Assembly: GCA_964477095.1 (NCBI GenBank)
Contig: CAYZDA010000003.1
Span: forward strand, 21,650 to 85,649
Direction: 5' to 3'
Source: an uncultured Bacteroidales bacterium
GTDB lineage: Bacteria > Bacteroidota > Bacteroidia > Bacteroidales > PWNQ01
DNA length: 64,000 nucleotides
The first letter of the stretch is position 1, and every line of letters begins with the position of its first letter. Below are positions 57,659 to 64,000 of the stretch, one piece after another. Both the position numbers and the translations under genes were made by a program. A model generated the notes under the pieces. The model had not been told where the DNA came from. It saw only the letters and a list, made by a program, of their open reading frames with translations, and searched no databases.

Positions 57659-57686
57659 TAAAAAAAGGCAACCTGTCAGGGTTGCC
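57659..57686 (-). terminator. Intrinsic terminator of tnaA
   Basis: The minus strand reads GGCAACC-ctgaca-GGTTGCC (perfect 7-bp stem) followed by a 7-T run, 31 nt after the tnaA stop. Confidence 0.7.
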
Positions 57687-57716
57687 TATGGAAAACAAAT
57701 CTTTTTCAATGAATGT

Positions 57717-59093
57717 TTATAACTGCTCGAGTTCAACTGTAAAGTGCCTCATGATAGGTGCTTCGCGAATGATCTTCAGCCCGCTGGTAATCTCGTCGCG
57801 ACGCTCAAACACATTTTTCAGAGCTGCCGCAACCACATCCATATGGTTGTTTGTGTAGGTACGGCGCGGAATGGCGAGCCTTAGCAGTTCGAGGTCGGGA
57901 TAGCGGTTTTCACGGGTTTCAGGGTCGCGGTCGGCCAGCAGTGTGCCAATTTCCACCCCTCGCACTCCGGCCTCCAGGTATAGTTCAATAGCCAGAGTTT
58001 GTGCTATGTATTGTTCCTTGGGAAGATTTGGCAGGAAGCGCTTAGCGTCAACAAAAATAGCATGTCCTCCAAAAGGTTTCTGCACAGGAACGCCATATTC
58101 TGACAGCTTTTGGCCCAGATATGCCACCTGGCTGATGCGAGTATTCAGGTAATCATACTCGGTTCCTTCCCTCAAACCTGCTGCAAGAGCATTCATATCG
58201 CGGCCGGACATACCTCCATAAGTCACAAACCCTTCAAACATGATATTATAAACGCTGGCATTGCGGAACCACTCCTCATGCCGTGTGGCAATGAACCCAC
58301 CCATGTTCACGATAGCATCTTTTTTCGAGCTCATGGTCATGGCATCAGCATAGGAGAACATTTCCCTTACGATTTCCTTCACAGTCTTGTCATTATACTC
58401 TTCTTCGCGCTCCTTAATGAAATAGGCGTTCTCGGCAAAGCGTGCCGAATCATAAATAACAGGAATATCATAATGCTCAGCCAGTGCTTTTACCTCTTTC
58501 ATGTTCTGAAGTGAAACAGGCTGGCCTCCTGAACTGTTACAGGTTACAGTTACGATTACAAAAGGTATTTTCTCCTTTGGATAGGCCTTAAAAACCTTTT
58601 CAAGTTTATTCAGATCAAGATTTCCCTTGAAAGGATGAATCAACTGGGTATCGAAGGCTTCATCGATAGTACAGTCAATTGCTTTAGCCTTGCGAAATTC
58701 AATATGCCCCTTGGTGGTGTCAAAATGGGAGTTACCGGGCACCACATCTCCTTCTTTTACAAGACTTGAAAACAACACATTTTCAGCTGCACGCCCCTGG
58801 TGGGTGGGCAGGAAATATTCAAATCCTGTTATCTCCCTGATGGTGTCTTTTAGCTTATAATATGAAGAAGCCCCGGCATAGCTTTCGTCTCCCAGCATCA
58901 GTTCCGACCATTGCTTGTCGCTCATGGCGCCGGTTCCGGAATCTGTGAGTAAGTCAATAAACACCTGCTCGCTTTTCAGGTTAAAAAGATTGTATCTGGC
59001 TTCTTTGATCCACTGCTCACGTTCTTCACGTGTGCTTTTCCTGATGGTTTCCACCATCTTAATTTTATATGATTCTGCAAATGGTAAATCCAT
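57717..59093 (-). CDS. tnaA: Tryptophanase (beta-eliminating lyase family)
   Basis: N-terminus MDLPFAESYKIKMVE, FIDLLTDSGTGAMS, PLP-lysine region SSKKDAIVNMGG, and SARFAENAYFIKERE. It is closest in pattern to Bacteroides-type tryptophanases; tyrosine phenol-lyase is not excluded. Confidence 0.88.
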   Translation of the reverse strand: MDLPFAESYKIKMVETIRKSTREEREQWIKEARYNLFNLKSEQVFIDLLTDSGTGAMSDKQWSELMLGDESYAGASSYYKLKDTIREITGFEYFLPTHQGRAAENVLFSSLVKEGDVVPGNSHFDTTKGHIEFRKAKAIDCTIDEAFDTQLIHPFKGNLDLNKLEKVFKAYPKEKIPFVIVTVTCNSSGGQPVSLQNMKEVKALAEHYDIPVIYDSARFAENAYFIKEREEEYNDKTVKEIVREMFSYADAMTMSSKKDAIVNMGGFIATRHEEWFRNASVYNIMFEGFVTYGGMSGRDMNALAAGLREGTEYDYLNTRISQVAYLGQKLSEYGVPVQKPFGGHAIFVDAKRFLPNLPKEQYIAQTLAIELYLEAGVRGVEIGTLLADRDPETRENRYPDLELLRLAIPRRTYTNNHMDVVAAALKNVFERRDEITSGLKIIREAPIMRHFTVELEQL

Positions 59094-59418
59094 AATATTA
59101 AATTTTTAAAACAAATAAATGAAAATAAATAGGGGGAAGCCGGTTTTAATACCAGCATAATGGGAAAATCAGCAATGAATCAGGAATTCATCTCTTTTCT
59201 TGATGTTGAGGTATAATCTCAATACAGATGCATAAATTTCAGCTTTCATGATAAAGTTTATTTACATCTGCTGCAAAAATAACATATTTTTTGTGAATCA
59301 TCTTCTTTATGGTGTCTAAATAAGCACGTAATCCCATAATAATCTGCCAAAAGCGTATAAAAAAAACTTTCAGTATAAGATAAATAGCAAAAATTTAGCC
59401 AGCCAAAGAGTGAATCAC

Positions 59419-59426
59419 TATTTTTG
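59419..59426 (+). promoter_or_regulatory. Putative -7 box (TATTTTTG) upstream of apbE
   Basis: Exact TAnnTTTG match 13 nt upstream of ATG 59439. This would imply a very short leader. Confidence 0.3.
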
Positions 59427-59438
59427 AAAAAAAATATC

Positions 59439-60434
59439 ATGCAAAAATTCTTTCCGGCATTTTTAGTGTGTTTAGTAATTCTAGGCGGATGCAAAAAACC
59501 ACAGGTAAAAATCAACGGCACAGCGCAGGGAACATATTACTTTATCAGCTACTTTGATCAGGGGAACCGTAACCTCCAACCTCAGATTGATTCCATACTG
59601 GATGCTTACAACAAATCAGTATCGGTATACGACACCCTGTCGGTGATCAGCAAATTTAATCGCAATGAAGCTGTAATGCAGGACAGTATCTTTATTGACA
59701 ACCTCAGGATTTCCATTGAAATCGCAGAGTCAACTGCAGGAGCTTTTGATCCCACCGTGGCACCTTTGGTGCAAGCCTGGGGCTTTGGTTTCAGAAACAG
59801 CCACAAACCAGACACACTTCACCTGGACAGCCTGATGCATTTGATTGGTTATGATCTGATAAAGATGGAGAATGGACAGGCCGTGAAGAAAAAACAACAG
59901 GTTCAGCTAAGTTTTAATGCTATTGCCCAGGGATATTCGGTTGACCTGATTGCACGTTATCTGGAGGATCAGGGCATAGAAAGCTATATCGTGGATATCG
60001 GCGGAGAAGTAAAAACTGCAGGCACCAAACCCGGGAACAAAAAATGGACTGTTGGAATTGAAAAGCCTGCCGAAGGTAAGCTGGAAGCACGCAGTATTCA
60101 GTATATTCTTGCCTTAGAGAATAAAGCTGTGGCCACCTCAGGAAATTACCGGAAATTCTATGAAATAGATGGTGTAAAATACTCTCACACCATTGACCCG
60201 GAAACAGGCAGGCCGGTAACTCACCACCTTTTAAGTGCCACAGTGATTACAGAAAACTGTGCCAGAGCAGATGCTTATGCCACAGCATTTATGGTGATGG
60301 GCAAAGATAAAACGCTTCAGTTTGTAAAACAACACCCGGAAACAGATATGGAGGTTCTGCTTATCTATTCAGACGCAGACGGTGAGTATGAAACTGCCAT
60401 GTCGGAAGGCTTTGGTAAGTATATAAAGGAATAA
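59439..60434 (+). CDS. apbE: FAD:protein FMN transferase (ApbE family lipoprotein)
   Basis: Lipobox VILGGC at the Met MQKFFPAF. ApbE motifs AFDPTVAPLV and YSHTIDPETGRP. Confidence 0.88.
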   Translation: MQKFFPAFLVCLVILGGCKKPQVKINGTAQGTYYFISYFDQGNRNLQPQIDSILDAYNKSVSVYDTLSVISKFNRNEAVMQDSIFIDNLRISIEIAESTAGAFDPTVAPLVQAWGFGFRNSHKPDTLHLDSLMHLIGYDLIKMENGQAVKKKQQVQLSFNAIAQGYSVDLIARYLEDQGIESYIVDIGGEVKTAGTKPGNKKWTVGIEKPAEGKLEARSIQYILALENKAVATSGNYRKFYEIDGVKYSHTIDPETGRPVTHHLLSATVITENCARADAYATAFMVMGKDKTLQFVKQHPETDMEVLLIYSDADGEYETAMSEGFGKYIKE

Positions 60435-60462
60435 AAAAAGGGGAATGCTTTCATCCTCCCCT
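60433..60462 (-). terminator. Intrinsic terminator of the small Cys-rich membrane protein gene
   Basis: The minus strand reads AGGGGA-ggatgaaagcatt-CCCCT followed by a T-run, 22 nt after the stop at 60484. Confidence 0.5.
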
Positions 60463-60483
60463 CTACCAATGCATTCCTGTTAT

Positions 60484-60720
60484 TTATCTATCAAGGTCTG
60501 GTTTTCTGCCGCTTAAACGTTCTTTTTCGTGGCTGCCTTCGCTGTTTTCACAGTACCCGGAGCTACCACAACCACAGGTGCTCACTCTTTCACCGGTTTT
60601 CGGATCCACAGTGCTGCATTTTTTTTCAAACTGATAGTCTTTTTTGAAAAACATCTTTATCGCAATTCCGGCAACTGCCAGTGCTATCAGTCCAATCGCA
60701 AGTAAGATCACTTTAAGCAT
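60484..60720 (-). CDS. Small single-pass membrane protein with a C-terminal Cys cluster
   Basis: 78 aa. TM helix VILLAIGLIALAVAGIAIKMFF, then C-x13-CGC-x5-C. It resembles NqrM-like or FeoB-associated Cys-rich membrane proteins; the family is not resolved. Confidence 0.5.
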   Translation of the reverse strand: MLKVILLAIGLIALAVAGIAIKMFFKKDYQFEKKCSTVDPKTGERVSTCGCGSSGYCENSEGSHEKERLSGRKPDLDR

Positions 60721-60785
60721 TTCTTTCTCCTTTTTGTTATTCAGTAAACATAAAAATCACCACTTTGTTGTATGCTGCAATGTAT

Positions 60786-61538
60786 TTAGACACCTGCAGC
60801 TGAAAACAGGCGGTATATGGCAATGGAAGCAGCAATGGAAGCGTTGAGGCTTTCAGGTTTGTTTTTATGATCAGCAGGAGGAATGGTGAGCTTAAGGTTT
60901 GTAAGGGCGGAAATTTCATCCGATAATCCGTGCGACTCGCTGCCAACCACCAGTGCAATGCTTTTTTTAGATTTTATCTCTTGATGAATACTGTCGCCTT
61001 CCATATCCAGTCCTGCAAACAGGTATTGCCTGTTAGCGCTGATGAAATCAGGCAGATTGTATTCAAAAATATTCACAAACCCGATGGACCCCATGGTGGC
61101 CTGCACCACTTTGGGGTTGTATGCATCCACACATTCCGGAGAGCAAATGATGTCCTTTATTCCAAACCAGTGTGCTGTGCGTATGATAGTACCCAGGTTA
61201 CCGGGATCTTTCAGTCCGTCAAGTACAATCAGGTTTTCATTGCCCTCAAACCTTTTTGCTGCAGGTATCTCCACTACGGCAAGAATTCCAGGCGGAGTAG
61301 TCATGGCTGAAATAGAATGCATATCTTTTTGAGAGATAACCCGGAATTTTTGCCAGTCAGAAATAACAGGGCTGATATCTTCATTGGTATCCACCACAAA
61401 TAAGTTTTTCACCTGCAAGGGGGAGCGAATGATATCTTCAACTGATCTGAGCCCTTCCACGACAAAAAGCCCCAGCTCTCTGCGCCCCTTATTTTGCTGC
61501 AAAGACCGTATCTGTTTTATTTCCTGACGGCTTATCAT
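60786..61538 (-). CDS. TrmH/SpoU-family RNA 2'-O-methyltransferase
   Basis: The N-terminal substrate-binding region (IKQIRSLQQNKGRRELGLFVVEG) and SpoU motifs (LDGLKDPGNLGTIIRTA, VVGSESHGLS, IPPADHKNKPESLNASIAASI). I start at the internal Met MISRQEI. Confidence 0.8.
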   Translation of the reverse strand: MISRQEIKQIRSLQQNKGRRELGLFVVEGLRSVEDIIRSPLQVKNLFVVDTNEDISPVISDWQKFRVISQKDMHSISAMTTPPGILAVVEIPAAKRFEGNENLIVLDGLKDPGNLGTIIRTAHWFGIKDIICSPECVDAYNPKVVQATMGSIGFVNIFEYNLPDFISANRQYLFAGLDMEGDSIHQEIKSKKSIALVVGSESHGLSDEISALTNLKLTIPPADHKNKPESLNASIAASIAIYRLFSAAGV

Positions 61539-61549
61539 GCTGTAAAGAT

Positions 61550-61601
61550 AAAAAAAGGCTGTAATCCGGCTAAAAGCAAATGCTTTCAACTTATTACAGC
61601 C
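61550..61601 (-). terminator. Probable terminator of the rpsF-rpsR-rplI operon
   Basis: The minus strand reads GGCTGTAAT...(27-nt loop)...ATTACAGCC followed by a 7-T run, 22 nt after the rplI stop. The long loop lowers confidence. Confidence 0.45.
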
Positions 61602-61622
61602 TTTAAGGTGTTTTATGCGGAG

Positions 61623-62072
61623 TTATTCCGCGTAAACTTCAAATTCCATCTCAACTTCCACTTCTTTGTGAAGCTTCAGCTTAGCTTTATACTCACCGAT
61701 GTTTTTAACAGAATCACCGTCCAGCATAATTTTCTTACGGTCGATATCATATCCCAGCTGCTCCTTGATAGCTTCAGCAATCTGCATAGGATTCACTGAT
61801 CCGAAGATCTTACCGGTAGTACCGGCTTTAGCTGCAATACGCACTTTTTTATCATCCAGTGCTTTTGCAAGCTCTTCAGCATCTTTACGGATTTTTTCCT
61901 CCTTGTGTGCCTTTTGCTTCAGTGTTTCTTCACGCACCTTCTTAGCCGATGGTGTAGCAACAATTGCGATTTTATTAGGGATCAAATAATTCCGGGCGTA
62001 ACCGTTTTTTACTTCAACGATATCGTTTTCATAGCCCAGGTTTGGCATATCTTTCTTTAGAATAACTTCCAT
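61623..62072 (-). CDS. rplI: 50S ribosomal protein L9
   Basis: MEVILKKDMPNLGYENDIVEVKNGYARNYLIP is a canonical L9 N-terminus. Confidence 0.95.
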   Translation of the reverse strand: MEVILKKDMPNLGYENDIVEVKNGYARNYLIPNKIAIVATPSAKKVREETLKQKAHKEEKIRKDAEELAKALDDKKVRIAAKAGTTGKIFGSVNPMQIAEAIKEQLGYDIDRKKIMLDGDSVKNIGEYKAKLKLHKEVEVEMEFEVYAE

Positions 62073-62086
62073 GCTTCAGTCCTCCT

Positions 62087-62356
62087 TTATTTTAATAAAT
62101 CTCCGATATAAGGCATTAAAGCGAGGTGGCGTGCACGTTTCACGGCCTGGGCCACTTTACGCTGATATTTCAGTGAGGTTCCGGTAATGCGGCGCGGAAG
62201 AATCTTTCCTTGCTCATTAACGAATTTCATCAGGAAGTTAGCATCCTTGTAATCGATATAGCGAATGCGGTTCTTTTTAAACCAGCAATACTTTTCCTTC
62301 TTAGTATCAATATTGATCGGGGTCAGATACCTTACGTCTGTATTTCCTTGTGCCAT
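62087..62356 (-). CDS. rpsR: 30S ribosomal protein S18
   Basis: [50 protein letters not shown]. Confidence 0.95.
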   Translation of the reverse strand: MAQGNTDVRYLTPINIDTKKEKYCWFKKNRIRYIDYKDANFLMKFVNEQGKILPRRITGTSLKYQRKVAQAVKRARHLALMPYIGDLLK

Positions 62357-62377
62357 AATTGTAAGCTTTACTTGTTA

Positions 62378-62740
62378 TTACGCATTTTCTTTTTGTTCAG
62401 CAGCTTTTTCTTTCTTTTCGCGCTTTCTTTCGTTGAAGGCAACTGCATGTTTATCCATTCTGATGGTCAGAAACCGGATGATACGCTCATCGCGTTTAAA
62501 GGCCAGTTCCATATCGCGGATCACCTTTGAATTTTCCGGTTCAAATTCAATCAGATAATAAAATCCTGTTGATTTTTTCTGAATAGGATAGGCAAGTTTA
62601 CGCAAACCCCAGTTTTCTTCGTGAATGATCTTCACGCCTGCATCCTGCAGGTTTTTCTTGTGTTTTTGTACCGTTTCCTTCATCTGATCATCAGATAAAA
62701 CGGGAGTCATAATGAAAACGGTCTCATAACGATTTGTCAT
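62378..62740 (-). CDS. rpsF: 30S ribosomal protein S6
   Basis: [15 protein letters not shown]...[13 protein letters not shown], with an acidic/Lys-rich tail. Confidence 0.95.
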   Translation of the reverse strand: MTNRYETVFIMTPVLSDDQMKETVQKHKKNLQDAGVKIIHEENWGLRKLAYPIQKKSTGFYYLIEFEPENSKVIRDMELAFKRDERIIRFLTIRMDKHAVAFNERKREKKEKAAEQKENA

Positions 62741-62998
62741 TGTTCTGTTTATTAATTTAAATTCAACTTTATTTTCCGAAAAACGGACGGCAAAGGTAAA
62801 GCTTTATTTCTTAACGGCAAAGTATTTTTACACATTTATTTATCTGGATAACAGAGGAAATTTCGCTGATCCCACAAGGCTTAAGCCATTTAAATATATG
62901 CCGCTGTAAAACCACCCAATACCTCAATGAAGTTTAGAATGCCTGAAAAATTCCCTCTTTGATTTATGATAAAACCGTGTGCGAAGCCCATTTTTTTT

Positions 62999-63006
62999 TA
63001 ATTTTG
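62999..63006 (+). promoter_or_regulatory. Putative -7 box (TAATTTTG) of dnaX
   Basis: Exact TAnnTTTG match 28 nt upstream of ATG 63034. Confidence 0.35.
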
Positions 63007-63033
63007 ATTTTTATTTCAGACGGGAATTATTGT

Positions 63034-64000
63034 ATGGAAAATTTCGTAGTATCAGCAAGAAAATATCGCCCCGACCGGTTTGACAAAGTGGTTGGGCAGC
63101 AAAATATCACCAATACTTTAAAAAATGCCGTTCGCAATAATCATCTTGCGCAGGCCTTTCTTTTCAGTGGTCCACGTGGAGTGGGGAAAACCACTGTGGC
63201 CAGATTACTTGCTAAAACCTTAAACTGTACTTCAGTTACGAATGACATTGAGCCATGCAATGAGTGCAACTCCTGCAGATCATTTAACAAGTCATCATCT
63301 TTTAATGTGCATGAACTTGATGCCGCCTCCAATAACTCGGTGGAAGATATCCGCAGTCTGGTAGACCAGGTTAGGATACCCCCACAGGCAGGAGCATATA
63401 AAGTTTATATCATTGATGAGGTGCATATGCTCTCCACCTCAGCTTTTAATGCTTTTCTGAAAACACTTGAAGAACCTCCTTCCTATGCCAAGTTTATTCT
63501 GGCTACAACTGAAAAGCATAAAATCATACCCACTATACTTTCCAGATGCCAGTCGTATGATTTCCATCGCATTCCGGTTAACCAGATACGTGATCACCTG
63601 CTGGGAGTGGCAGAATCAGAAAATGTTAAAGCAGAGGTTTCAGCTCTGCAGATGATCGCCCAGAAGGCCGATGGCGCACTGCGCGATGCACTTTCCATAT
63701 TTGACCAGGTTGTAAATTATGCCGGTGGAAATGTTACATACCAACACGTGATTGAGAACCTCAACATCCTGGATTATGATTACTATTTCCGTTTGACAGA
63801 TTATTTGCTGCAAGGGAGCGTACATGACAGCCTTCTGCTATATGAAGAAATCACTGTAAAAGGCTTTGGCGGGCAGCAATTCCTGAGCGGCCTGGGAAAT
63901 CACTTCAGGAATCTGCTGGTGTGCAGGGATGAAAAAACAGTGAGGCTGCTGGAGGTTGGAGAAGAAATAAGACAGCGTTATCTGCAAACTGCCGTAAAAC
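63034..64000 (+). CDS. dnaX: DNA polymerase III subunit gamma/tau, 5' part; continues beyond the right edge of the window
   Basis: Not in the ORF track because it is open-ended. From ATG 63034 it reads MENFVVSARKYRPDRFDKVVGQQNITNTLKNAV...FSGPRGVGKTTVARLLAKTLNC (Walker A and the start of a Cys cluster consistent with the zinc module), then YIIDEVHMLS, with no stop to 64000. Confidence 0.93.
   Translation, partial: MENFVVSARKYRPDRFDKVVGQQNITNTLKNAVRNNHLAQAFLFSGPRGVGKTTVARLLAKTLNCTSVTNDIEPCNECNSCRSFNKSSSFNVHELDAASNNSVEDIRSLVDQVRIPPQAGAYKVYIIDEVHMLSTSAFNAFLKTLEEPPSYAKFILATTEKHKIIPTILSRCQSYDFHRIPVNQIRDHLLGVAESENVKAEVSALQMIAQKADGALRDALSIFDQVVNYAGGNVTYQHVIENLNILDYDYYFRLTDYLLQGSVHDSLLLYEEITVKGFGGQQFLSGLGNHFRNLLVCRDEKTVRLLEVGEEIRQRYLQTAVK

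Noticed and set aside
59169-59249. A 26-codon upstream ORF (MKAEIYASVLRLYLNIKKRDEFLIHC) on the minus strand ahead of tnaA, considered as a possible TnaC-like leader peptide.
   Set aside because: It contains no Trp codon, which is essential for TnaC-type sensing. I saw no obvious Rho-utilisation or attenuator structure. Short ORFs of this size are expected by chance in AT-rich DNA.

Overview
This is a gene-dense (about 90% coding) chromosomal segment that looks like Bacteroidota. The evidence for that is a fused lpxC-fabZ, a PorX-type response regulator with a PglZ domain, T9SS C-terminal sorting domains, TAnnTTTG -7 boxes and A-rich, SD-poor start regions. I call about 60 CDS, almost all core housekeeping. 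Envelope and LPS genes are lpxD, lpxC/fabZ, lpxA, kdsB, an LptD-like and an OstA-like protein, mlaD, an amidase with a SPOR domain, cdsA and psd. Translation and RNA-modification genes are rpsF-rpsR-rplI, rsfS, rsmD, trmB, tsaE and a TrmH-family methyltransferase. Replication genes are holA and a dnaX 5' part. Cofactor and nucleotide genes are coaD, birA, pyrE, folC, apbE, aroB and aroA. There is an exbB-exbD-tonB set, ftsH, tryptophanase, and scattered type IX secretion genes (porX, an S8 peptidase with a T9SS tail, a DUF5103 plug-like lipoprotein, and a truncated secreted protein at the left edge). I found no rRNA, tRNA, CRISPR array, transposase, integrase or phage genes, and no convincing multi-gene defence or other novel system. 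Domains whose names recur in defence systems (PglZ, HsdR_N, HD) sit here in conserved housekeeping contexts. The main signal not explained by annotation is a non-coding module of about 120-155 nt present three times (337-470, 12063-12215, 43613-43737). Each copy is in the orientation of an unrelated downstream gene and runs up to or within 4 nt of its start codon. It could be a shared promoter/operator plus leader, a cis-regulatory RNA, or a promoter-carrying small repeat. Secondary observations are an alkyltransferase-like MGMT homologue (Cys to Ala), a bacterial GH3-family gene behind aroB-aroA, a small Cys-rich membrane protein next to apbE, and two unusually long non-coding gaps containing short repeats. 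All functional calls rest on motif and family recognition from the translated ORFs; no searches were run.
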